Assembly (NCBI GenBank): GCA_051531975.1
Contig: JAOPTT010000003.1
Coordinates: forward strand, 1-64,000
Source of the DNA: Spirochaetaceae bacterium
Lineage (GTDB): Bacteria > Spirochaetota > Spirochaetia > DSM-2461
Direction of reading: 5' to 3'
DNA: 64,000 bases
Shown: positions 31,927-40,828 of the stretch, one piece after another
Position numbering within the stretch: the first letter of the stretch is position 1
Layout: every line of letters starts with the position of its first letter
Made by a program: the position numbers and the translations under genes
Notes under the pieces: model-generated
Told to the model about the DNA's origin: nothing
The model's input: the letters and a program-made list of their open reading frames with translations, nothing else
The model's database searches: none

Positions 31927-32829
31927 ATGATAAAATTGCAAAACGTAAATAAGAGCTATGATTCAATAAATGCTGTCAAAAATGTTTCATTCTCAACAGA
32001 AAAAGGCCAAATATTTGGTTTATTAGGCCCTAATGGCGCCGGGAAATCCACAACTATCAAAATGATTATGAATATATTAGATCCTGATAGTGGTACTATC
32101 TTATTTGATGGGAAACAACTTAAAAGTTCTGATAAAGACAAAATAGGTTACCTACCAGAAGAGAGAGGGATCTATAAAAAGCAGAATGTAACGGAGTTTA
32201 TTACTTATTTTGGTATGTTAAAGGGGAAAACACCAGCTCAGCTGAATCTACAAATTCAGAAATGGTTAACTTTCTTTGATCTAAATGACTGGAAATATAA
32301 AAAAACAGAAGAACTATCAAAAGGTATGAGCCAGAAAGTTCAATTTATTACTGCGATAGTACATGATCCAGACTTTATAATACTTGATGAACCTTTTAGT
32401 GGTTTAGATCCACTGAGTATGGATAAATTAAGAGAAGCAATACTGCTTTTAAAAGATGAGGGAAAAACTATTTTATTCTCAACACATGTTATGGAACAAG
32501 CGGAAAAACTATGCTCCCATATTATGATTATCAATAAAGGAGAAGCGGTTATAAATGGTGAAATATCCGATATAAAAAAATCCTTTGGTAACAGATCAGT
32601 TGCGTTAGAATTTGACGGTAATGGTGGATTTATCTCGGATTTAGAAGAAGTAGAATCAATTATAGAGTATCCAAGATATGTGGAAGTAGAGCTTAAAGAT
32701 GAATCTTTAAGTGATAGTTTCCTGAAAAATATTGTAGGAAAAATATCTATTAAAAGATTTGAAAAGATTGTTCCTTCGTTACATAAAATTTTCATTAAAA
32801 CCGTGGGAGGAGATATCGAAAATGAATAA
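31927..32829 (+). CDS. ABC-2 exporter ATP-binding protein (NatA/YhaQ-like)
   Basis: Walker A GPNGAGKST, LSKGM signature and ILDEPFSGLD. Confidence 0.92.
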   Translation: MIKLQNVNKSYDSINAVKNVSFSTEKGQIFGLLGPNGAGKSTTIKMIMNILDPDSGTILFDGKQLKSSDKDKIGYLPEERGIYKKQNVTEFITYFGMLKGKTPAQLNLQIQKWLTFFDLNDWKYKKTEELSKGMSQKVQFITAIVHDPDFIILDEPFSGLDPLSMDKLREAILLLKDEGKTILFSTHVMEQAEKLCSHIMIINKGEAVINGEISDIKKSFGNRSVALEFDGNGGFISDLEEVESIIEYPRYVEVELKDESLSDSFLKNIVGKISIKRFEKIVPSLHKIFIKTVGGDIENE

Positions 32830-34051
32830 ACTTCTAATAATTTTCAAACACGAATTCAGACAAATAACCAAGGGTAAACTATTTATATTAATGACTCTTC
32901 TAGCTCCTCTATTTTTTATTGGATTAATTGTCATTATTGGATTTGTATCAAACAGTTCACAAAAAACAGAGGAAAATGCCTCTATAGCTATTTATTGCCA
33001 AAATGAAGAAATTATAAGTAGTCTTAAATCTACTTTAATAGAAGAGGGTCTAAATATCATCGTTGTGGAAAACGAAAAAAAAGGTAAAGAATTAGTTATA
33101 CAAGAAGAGTGTAAAGGCTTCACTTATATTCCTGATGACATTATGTCTATATCATCTATTAAATACTATTCTTCTACAGGAACTGATTTTCAGTACTCAA
33201 AAATAGTACTAAACGCAGTAAGGGATTTTGTCTTTAATCAAAAAAAATTACAGCTTGGATTATCTCTAAAAGAGAGTAACTGGTTATCTGAAAAGATAGA
33301 TATGAAAAGTCTAAAACTTTCTGATGATGGATCAACTGATGATTCAAATTTTCAGGGTATATTAATTGTTGTTATGGCTATTTCTTTTCTGATCATGATA
33401 ACGGTTGTAGTTTACGGTATTAGTGCAGCTAGATCTGTATTAACAGATAAGGCATCTAAAACTATAGAGATGTTATTAAGTTCTGTGGACCCATATAAAA
33501 TACTTCTTGGTAAAGTATTAGGTAGTGGTCTTGCAGGGCTGTTACAGTTCTCTATTTGGATGACAATGGCTGCTCTTGCTATTAAATTAATACTTCCGTT
33601 AATAAAGTTAGAGATTCCTTTGGGGTTTTTAACTACAGGAAATATAATTTCAATCTTTATTTTATTTATACTTGGATTTTTCTTCTATCTTTTTATATAT
33701 GGAGCTATGGGTGCAAATGTAGAGAATGAACAAAACTTAGGCCAGTTACAGATACCTTTACAGATGGTTTTAATGATACCTTGGATGTTAAATACTTCAA
33801 TAATATCAAACCCAAATAGTACCATGGCTAAAGTCCTAAGTTATATACCATTTACATCTCCAACAGTTATGACAACAAGAGTATTAATTGATTCACCAGG
33901 AATCCCGATGGTCATTTTATCTATGAGTATATTATTGGGATCACTGATTTTAGTTCTATTTGCATCAGCAAAACTATTTAAAATTGGTCTTTTAACAAAA
34001 GGTAAAAAGATTAACTTTATACAATTTATAGGCTATCTGTTTAAGAAATAA
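32822..34051 (+). CDS. ABC-2 type permease (NatB/YhaP-like)
   Basis: One N-terminal TM, an external loop, then several TMs; DKASKTIEMLLSS...GKVLG and YIPFTSP. Start set at ATG 32822 after GGAGGAG. Confidence 0.88.
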   Translation: MNKLLIIFKHEFRQITKGKLFILMTLLAPLFFIGLIVIIGFVSNSSQKTEENASIAIYCQNEEIISSLKSTLIEEGLNIIVVENEKKGKELVIQEECKGFTYIPDDIMSISSIKYYSSTGTDFQYSKIVLNAVRDFVFNQKKLQLGLSLKESNWLSEKIDMKSLKLSDDGSTDDSNFQGILIVVMAISFLIMITVVVYGISAARSVLTDKASKTIEMLLSSVDPYKILLGKVLGSGLAGLLQFSIWMTMAALAIKLILPLIKLEIPLGFLTTGNIISIFILFILGFFFYLFIYGAMGANVENEQNLGQLQIPLQMVLMIPWMLNTSIISNPNSTMAKVLSYIPFTSPTVMTTRVLIDSPGIPMVILSMSILLGSLILVLFASAKLFKIGLLTKGKKINFIQFIGYLFKK

Positions 34052-35870
34052 GTTTTAATAAATTAACCTTAAGGCGTTTTCCTCTTAAGGTTACTCCATC
34101 TAATTTTTGGAATTTATTTTTGTTTAAATTTCCTGGAGAAAGACTTTGATGCACACTCTCTCCAATAAGTAGATCAGTTTCGAATTTTTTAGTTAAACTT
34201 TCTATTCTAGAAGCTACATTTACAGTATCTCCAATTACTGTATATTCCAATTTATTAGAGTTTCCTACATTCCCTGCAATAACATCTCCTGTATGTATAC
34301 CAATCCCTATTTTAACAGTGAAAATACCATTTTTAACCCTTTCATTATTAAAGTCCTCTAATCTTTTTTGTATAGTAAAAGCAGCTTCTACAGCTCGATC
34401 AGCATGATCCTTTGAAGCTATTGGGACACCAAAAAGTACTAATATACCATCTCCCATAAACTTATCAATTATTCCACCGTACTGATGAACAACACCTATT
34501 AATACATTATAATATTCATTTAAAAAACTAATTGTTTCGTGGGGAGTTATAGTTTCGGATAAAGCAGTAAATCCACGGATATCAGCAAATAAAATTGTAG
34601 CTTTATACATAGACCCATTAAGATCAACATTCCCATTTAAGATCTCTTCTGAAATTTCAGCAGAAAGATACTGTCCAAATAGAGACTTAATTCTTTCCCT
34701 CTCTTTAAGACCGTCTAGCATTTGATTAAAACCATTGGATAACTGACCAGTCTCTTCTCTAGATCGCACAACAGTATATGAATCCAAATTACCTTTAGAA
34801 ACACTCTTCATAGAACGAAGTAGTTCCTTGATAGGTTTTAATATTGATACATTACTCCATTGGATCATTTTTAAAACATAAATAATTGTAAAAAATAGAC
34901 CTGTTGCGATACCAAAGAGTAACTGAATAGAGCTTAGGCCATCCATATATGGAAGGTTTTCTTGTTTATAGACTTCACTAATTGCAAGTTCTCCATTTCC
35001 ATCTGGAATAGCTCTTAATATATTAAAAAGGTCTCCAAAAAGAATTTCTACTTTAACTGGATCTAAACTATTTAAATCTTCTATTAATGTAAAACTTGAA
35101 ACAACATAAAACAGAGTAATAACTAGGGGGACAAATGTTAAAAACACAGTAGTCATAAAAAAACGACCTTTTAGCCCTGGAAAGTTAAAACCACGAGGCA
35201 ACCTTTGCAGTCGTTCACTTGAATATACATGGTGAATATATTTAGTCTGAACCCTAAATTTTTGACCAAAGTAGACTAATAAAAGCCCCAATGTAGATGT
35301 AAATATAGATATGATTAGTATATTTCTAATTATAGAAAACATTTCGTCGGTACTATCTAGGGATCTTAACATAAAAAACAAGGATCTCTGTATATTTAGA
35401 AGACCTAATAGAACTATGCCTCCAATAATTTCAGGGGAATAATTTATTAGAGCTTTAGTATATTTATTGGAAAATGTTCCAATTTTTTTACCAGCTCTTT
35501 TACGCCTAAAGAAATTCTTTATAGGTAAGTTAAAAAGAAAAATAAAAAGACCTACAAAAAAGAACGTTGTACTATTATCACGTATAAAAAGAAGCTTCAT
35601 CTTCTCATTAAACGCGTTTTCTTCTGGGGTCATTAGTTGTTCAAACTCATTTGATTCAAAAAATTCAGGGTTCTCTGAAATTGCACTTTCAATAGCTGGA
35701 AGTTTTGTAAGAACTGATGTTCCTAATTCCATTAACTCATCGACAAAAAGAGAACCTACTAATGAGAGGTTTAGTCCTGCATATATGATCAGAGGGAATA
35801 ATAAAAACAAAAATCCATTGTATTTAGGGACTGATCTATCCTTTTTATATTTAATTCTCTTCATATACAT
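34041..35870 (-). CDS. Membrane-bound class III adenylate/guanylate cyclase with HAMP domain
   Basis: Multiple TMs, HAMP-like EETGQLSNGFNQM, LFADIRGFT, DKFMGDG and YTVIGDTVNVASRIE. Confidence 0.93.
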   Translation of the reverse strand: MYMKRIKYKKDRSVPKYNGFLFLLFPLIIYAGLNLSLVGSLFVDELMELGTSVLTKLPAIESAISENPEFFESNEFEQLMTPEENAFNEKMKLLFIRDNSTTFFFVGLFIFLFNLPIKNFFRRKRAGKKIGTFSNKYTKALINYSPEIIGGIVLLGLLNIQRSLFFMLRSLDSTDEMFSIIRNILIISIFTSTLGLLLVYFGQKFRVQTKYIHHVYSSERLQRLPRGFNFPGLKGRFFMTTVFLTFVPLVITLFYVVSSFTLIEDLNSLDPVKVEILFGDLFNILRAIPDGNGELAISEVYKQENLPYMDGLSSIQLLFGIATGLFFTIIYVLKMIQWSNVSILKPIKELLRSMKSVSKGNLDSYTVVRSREETGQLSNGFNQMLDGLKERERIKSLFGQYLSAEISEEILNGNVDLNGSMYKATILFADIRGFTALSETITPHETISFLNEYYNVLIGVVHQYGGIIDKFMGDGILVLFGVPIASKDHADRAVEAAFTIQKRLEDFNNERVKNGIFTVKIGIGIHTGDVIAGNVGNSNKLEYTVIGDTVNVASRIESLTKKFETDLLIGESVHQSLSPGNLNKNKFQKLDGVTLRGKRLKVNLLKLIS

Positions 35871-36255
35871 TTAACCCGGGAACGTCCCATTCTGAAGGAA
35901 TTGCAACCATTTTACCACTGTTATTAACTGAAGCCCATGTAACTTCAGCATCGCAAATAAGATCGTCTCCACGTTTTATCTGCTGATAAAATACCCCACT
36001 TACTCTTTTTCGCTTAATTGGCTTTGTAATTATTGATAAAGTATCGTTAGGTAGAGCAGAAAGTTTATAGTTAATTGTAACTTTAGCAATATATATTCCA
36101 TAACCAGCTTCGACAAAACCTTTATAATCGAGATTAATCTCTTTTAAATACTCGGATCTTGCGTGCTCTAAGTAGTTAAGGTAAACCGCGTTATTAACAT
36201 GCCCGTAAGCATCACATTCATAATGTCTAACTAATATCTCTGTTTTATATTCCAT
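35851..36255 (-). CDS. Acyl-CoA thioesterase (4HBT/YbgC hot-dog family)
   Basis: VRHYECDAYGHVNNAVYLNYLEHAR. Confidence 0.9.
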   Translation of the reverse strand: MEYKTEILVRHYECDAYGHVNNAVYLNYLEHARSEYLKEINLDYKGFVEAGYGIYIAKVTINYKLSALPNDTLSIITKPIKRKRVSGVFYQQIKRGDDLICDAEVTWASVNNSGKMVAIPSEWDVPGLNVYEEN

Positions 36256-36291
36256 ACTTTATATTACACGTTTTTTATTTTAGAATAAAGC

Positions 36292-37035
36292 ATGATAAAA
36301 ATTTATGAAGTAATGTCCATAGAAAATGGGCTACCGCTTTTTTTTATAGAACATATCGAAAGGTTAAAACTATCCATCTCTAGTATTAATGATTATTCAA
36401 TTGATGAATTAATAAAAATTGCAGTAAAAAACATAAAACCCTTCTTAACTACTGAACCAGGATATAATGTTAAATTAACTTATTCTGAAGGAATATTTTC
36501 TGCTAATAGACTGTTTGCAATAAAACCTGATAAAGAAAGATATATATTTGGAGATAAAGTAGGAATCTACGATGCTGAAAGGCATAACCCATTGATCAAG
36601 CAGGAAAACTTAACCTTTAGACAACAAACAGAAATTTACTCTACTAGACACGATTTATACGATGTACTGTTAAAAAATAAGTTAGGCCATATTACTGAAG
36701 GATCAAAATCTAACTTCTTACTTATAGATAAAAAAAATAGAGTTATTACTTCTACAATTGGTGAATCCTTAAATGGTATAACAAGAGACAAAATATTTAA
36801 CATTTGTAAAAAATTAAACATAACTATTATTGAACAAAACATTACAAAAAAAACACTTTCAGAAGTGAAGTGTCTTTTTATTACAGGAACTTCTCCAGAA
36901 ATTTTACCTATAAAGAGTTGTGATAATATAAACTTTACAATTAAAAATAAAACACTAGATATACTAAGATCAGAGTATCTTAAATTAAAAGATAGTAATA
37001 AAATAACCACGAAGGGGTATTTTAATCTTGATTAA
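36292..37035 (+). CDS. Class IV aminotransferase family protein (PabC/IlvE-like)
   Basis: ITEGSKSNF, LNGITR and FITGTS motifs. Confidence 0.85.
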   Translation: MIKIYEVMSIENGLPLFFIEHIERLKLSISSINDYSIDELIKIAVKNIKPFLTTEPGYNVKLTYSEGIFSANRLFAIKPDKERYIFGDKVGIYDAERHNPLIKQENLTFRQQTEIYSTRHDLYDVLLKNKLGHITEGSKSNFLLIDKKNRVITSTIGESLNGITRDKIFNICKKLNITIIEQNITKKTLSEVKCLFITGTSPEILPIKSCDNINFTIKNKTLDILRSEYLKLKDSNKITTKGYFNLD

Positions 37036-37276
37036 AAGGCACGGGAATAGGCAGATTGATTATACGAACTGTCCCATCTTATAAAGATCTAAATAGAGAT
37101 TTGGAGAAATTAAGAATTAAATATAAAAAAATGCCAAGAATATATTATACACTATAAAAAAAGAGTAAATATAGAAAAATGATACATGCCTAATGGTGAG
37201 GAGCTTCTTCAGGTTACTAGAGATAGAGAGTATCATTTTAATGTAATAGTTAGAATATTCACTTTTAGGGTGTTTG

Positions 37277-37316
37277 AGGTGATCAATACGGACATTACTC
37301 CGTATTGATTCATCTT
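37277..37316 (-). terminator. Long hairpin immediately after the pepD stop
   Basis: TCAATACGGA/TCCGTATTGA 10-bp stem extended by AGGTGA/TCATCT. Confidence 0.6.
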
Positions 37317-38747
37317 TTAGGTGTGAAATTCTAAATAATTTATAAGTAATTTCCAAATATCCATAATAGTAGAAACTAACATTTTTTCATCTGGACAATG
37401 TGGACTTTTAATAGTTGGCCCTATGGAAATCATCTGCATTTCTGGATATTTTGCTCCAATAACGCCACACTCTAATCCTGCATGTATAACTTCTATTACT
37501 GGGTCTTTTGAAAATACATCTTTATAACTCGCTGTGAACTTCTTTAAAACTGCTGAGTGAAAGTCTGGTTGCCATGAGGGATAACCTCCACCAAACCGGG
37601 CTGAGCCATTAGCTAATGAAACAACAGAATCTATTTTATCACATAACTCATCTAACCTCGACATAACAGAACTTCTTTGACTCATGAGTATTTTAAAGTC
37701 CTTTTCAGAAGTAGATAAAACTGCAAGATTACAGGACGTTTCAACTATTCCCTCCATCTCTTTTGAATAATTTGCTACTCCGTGGGGAAGTGCCAAAATA
37801 AGATCAATTATACTTCTATCACTAAAACTTGAAACATTATCACTTGGAGTTAATTCTAATGTAATTCCTGTGTCTGATGAAAAAAACTCATTTTTAATAA
37901 CATCTATTAAGGTTAGCAATGTATCTTGTGCTTTTTTCATGTCAGTTGATTTTAAACATATAGTAGCTGAACTATCTCTAGCTATTGCATTATGAGCACT
38001 CCCACCACTTATGTTGTTTATACCAAAATCAATATCTACCTTTGTAAGACTATTTAATAGCCTGGCTAATATTATATTTGCATTAGCTTTCTCTAGATGT
38101 ATTTCAACACCAGAATGACCACCTTTTAGTCCTCCTATAATTAAAGTTAAACTTTGATCAAAATCTTTATTTAAGTATGGTTTTCTCTTAGTTGTAATTT
38201 TTGCATCTCGACCACCAGCACAGCCTATTGTAAAAACACCTTCGTCTTCTGAATCGATATTAATTAGGGTCTTACCAGTTAACCAGTTTGTAGGTAAGTT
38301 AACAGCTCCTGTTAATCCAGTCTCTTCATCTACCGTAAATATTAGTTCTAGTGGAGGATGTTTTACATCTGGATCTATTGATAAAGCCATTGCTATTGCT
38401 AAAGCTATTCCATTATCTGCACCTAATGAAGTTTCAGTTGCTTTTAACCAGCCATCTTCTTGATACATTTTTATTGGATCTGTAGCAAAATTATGTTTTG
38501 AACCTACAATTTTTTCACATACCATATCCATATGACCTTGAAAAATAATAGTTTCTCTGTCTTCATATCCCGCTGATCCTGGAACTTTTATTAAAACATC
38601 TAAATATGTATCCCGTTCTACTTCAAAATGGTTTTTTGTAGCCCAATCAACTAGCCAGTCTGATATTGCTTCTTCGTTTTTAGACTTTCTAGGGATGTTA
38701 TTTATTTCTGTAAATATGTCTAATATGTTCTCTAATTTTAAATTCAT
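37317..38747 (-). CDS. pepD: Aminoacyl-histidine dipeptidase (M20C)
   Basis: QGHMDMV, LGADNGI, TVDEETGL, NIDSED, GGHSG and IHAGLECG. Start moved to ATG 38747 after GAGGA. Confidence 0.93.
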   Translation of the reverse strand: MNLKLENILDIFTEINNIPRKSKNEEAISDWLVDWATKNHFEVERDTYLDVLIKVPGSAGYEDRETIIFQGHMDMVCEKIVGSKHNFATDPIKMYQEDGWLKATETSLGADNGIALAIAMALSIDPDVKHPPLELIFTVDEETGLTGAVNLPTNWLTGKTLINIDSEDEGVFTIGCAGGRDAKITTKRKPYLNKDFDQSLTLIIGGLKGGHSGVEIHLEKANANIILARLLNSLTKVDIDFGINNISGGSAHNAIARDSSATICLKSTDMKKAQDTLLTLIDVIKNEFFSSDTGITLELTPSDNVSSFSDRSIIDLILALPHGVANYSKEMEGIVETSCNLAVLSTSEKDFKILMSQRSSVMSRLDELCDKIDSVVSLANGSARFGGGYPSWQPDFHSAVLKKFTASYKDVFSKDPVIEVIHAGLECGVIGAKYPEMQMISIGPTIKSPHCPDEKMLVSTIMDIWKLLINYLEFHT

Positions 38748-38770
38748 AATAGTCCTCATTTGCATTTTTG

Positions 38771-38794
38771 GTTAGTTTGATGCATCAAATTAAC
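38771..38794. promoter_or_regulatory. 24-bp palindromic operator between divergent pepD and nagA
   Basis: GTTAGTTTGATG|CATCAAATTAAC (one mismatch), abutting a TTGACA at 38795-38800. Confidence 0.65.
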
Positions 38795-38845
38795 TTGACA
38801 CAGCCTTTAATTATAGCATAAGATTATAAATAGAGGAATAAAATT

Positions 38846-40018
38846 ATGGGATATATATGTTTAAAGAACGCTAGAATATTTACAGGTTATACATCAATAG
38901 ATAATGGTGCAGTTATTATTAAAGATGATCAGATTTTTGATGTTGTTGGTACTGAGAGATTAAATAAGCTTACTTTAGAAAGAGATACCCAGATTATTGA
39001 CCTTAATGGAGCCATATTAACAGCTGGTTTTATAGATACTCATATTCATGGATTACATGGCTATGGAACAGAAGATGGTTCAGTAGAATCAATATTAGGA
39101 ATGAGTGAAGCTCTTATTAACTATGGAGTTACTAGTTTTTGTCCAACAATCTACCCTCAACCAGATTTTGATTTTATGAAGAGTTTACACGCTTGTAGAG
39201 ATGCAATTGGACAAGAAAAAGGTGCAAAAATTCGTGGTCTTCATTTAGAGGGTCCTTTTATTTCTAAGGAAAAAAGAGGTGCTCAAAAAGAAGAATGCAT
39301 AAAAGATGTTGATATTGAACTAATGAAGTCTTTTGTTAGAGAGACAAATGAAAATATATCGTTAATGACTGTGGCACCAGAATTAAAAAACATGAGAGAT
39401 TTAGCATTGTACTGTACTAAAAAAGGTATTGTATTATCTGCAGGTCATACAAGTGCTACATATGAGCAGATGGTAGAAGGGATGCAGACAGGTATATTAC
39501 ACTCTACCCACTTCTTTAATGCCATGAGAAAGTTACACCATAGAGATCCAGGTTGTGTGGGTGCTATTATGATTCACCCAGAAATTTCATGTGAATTAAT
39601 TGCAGATGGCATACATGTACACCCATCCTTAGTTAAACTATTATTAAAAGAGAAACCAATAGATAAAGTTGTTTTGATTACAGATGCATTAAAACCTACA
39701 GGGCAAACTTGTGGTTGTTTATTAGCGAATAAAAGAGAAGTTTATCTAACTGACGAAAATATCTTTAGACATAAAGATGATGATGTAATTGCAGGTTCTT
39801 CCTCTACAATGATTGGTGGAATTACTAACTTAACAAAATGGGGTGTAAGTTTAGACCACGCACTTAGAATGGCTTCATCTAACCCTGCAACTGTATTACG
39901 AATGGATAAAGCCGGTGCATTAATTCCTGGAATGTTTGCAGATATTACTGTAATAGATGATGATTTTAATATAAAAATGACTATGGTATCTGGTAAGATT
40001 TTACTAAATAGACTTTAA
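38846..40018 (+). CDS. nagA: N-acetylglucosamine-6-phosphate deacetylase
   Basis: FIDTHIHG, GLHLEGPF, TVAPE, THFFNAM, IADGIHV, ITDA and IAGS. Confidence 0.95.
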   Translation: MGYICLKNARIFTGYTSIDNGAVIIKDDQIFDVVGTERLNKLTLERDTQIIDLNGAILTAGFIDTHIHGLHGYGTEDGSVESILGMSEALINYGVTSFCPTIYPQPDFDFMKSLHACRDAIGQEKGAKIRGLHLEGPFISKEKRGAQKEECIKDVDIELMKSFVRETNENISLMTVAPELKNMRDLALYCTKKGIVLSAGHTSATYEQMVEGMQTGILHSTHFFNAMRKLHHRDPGCVGAIMIHPEISCELIADGIHVHPSLVKLLLKEKPIDKVVLITDALKPTGQTCGCLLANKREVYLTDENIFRHKDDDVIAGSSSTMIGGITNLTKWGVSLDHALRMASSNPATVLRMDKAGALIPGMFADITVIDDDFNIKMTMVSGKILLNRL

Positions 40019-40828
40019 AAAATCTTCTTTTTGATTAACATAGTTTACTGATTCAGATATCTTATCTCTTTTAATACAGCCATTAATTATGATATCGAAT
40101 TTTTTATTTATTGATTCCACTGCTAATAGTCTATTTTTAGTAGTTAGGTAATTGCCAATGATAAGCTTCTTTAATACATGGATTTTAAAGGGCTCAATAA
40201 AACCATATTTAAATGATAGTTGGTCTTTGTGTCCTGCATATTTTATTATAAGTTCTTTGTCTAAATAATCTACTTTAGTATCATTACAAATTCTAAGCCA
40301 GAGATCATAATCTTCACCTACTTCTATAGTCTCATCAAAACCATTAAACCTATTATATAGATCCTTGTTTAGTAGCACAGTAGACGGACCTAATATGCAA
40401 CCCTGTAAGGATTCTAAAAAGACATCTCCAGATTTTTTATGTTTTCTCTTTTTTTGGGAAACTACTTTATCTCCCATAATCCATCTCTCTTTAGTATGAA
40501 GAAGTTGGCATTCAGGGTTATTTTTAAAATATTGTCTTTGCTCTTCTAACTTATTTGGAAGCCAAACATCATCCGAGTCTAAAAATGCTAAAAACTGGCC
40601 TTTTGATAGTTCTACACCTCTGTTTCTTACTTTACCAGGATATCCACAATGTTCTATCTTAAAATAAGTTACATTTTCCATTGGGAAAAGAGTGGATGTT
40701 TCATCTGTCGATCCATCGTCAACTACTATAATTTCAGTCGCTTTAGATGTCTGTCCTAAAACTGAACCTATAGCTCTTTTTAACATTATAGCTCTATTAT
40801 ATGTTGGTATTATTACTGAGATATTCAC
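40004..40828 (-). CDS. Glycosyltransferase family 2
   Basis: SVIIPTYNR, VVDDGSTD, FLDSDD and EDYDLWLR. GTG start directly abuts the stop of the giant gene. Confidence 0.93.
   Translation of the reverse strand: MNISVIIPTYNRAIMLKRAIGSVLGQTSKATEIIVVDDGSTDETSTLFPMENVTYFKIEHCGYPGKVRNRGVELSKGQFLAFLDSDDVWLPNKLEEQRQYFKNNPECQLLHTKERWIMGDKVVSQKKRKHKKSGDVFLESLQGCILGPSTVLLNKDLYNRFNGFDETIEVGEDYDLWLRICNDTKVDYLDKELIIKYAGHKDQLSFKYGFIEPFKIHVLKKLIIGNYLTTKNRLLAVESINKKFDIIINGCIKRDKISESVNYVNQKEDFLKSI

Noticed and set aside
37117..37356. 79-aa minus-strand ORF
   Set aside because: Overlaps the pepD end and its hairpin; low-complexity F/Y/I tail, no RBS.
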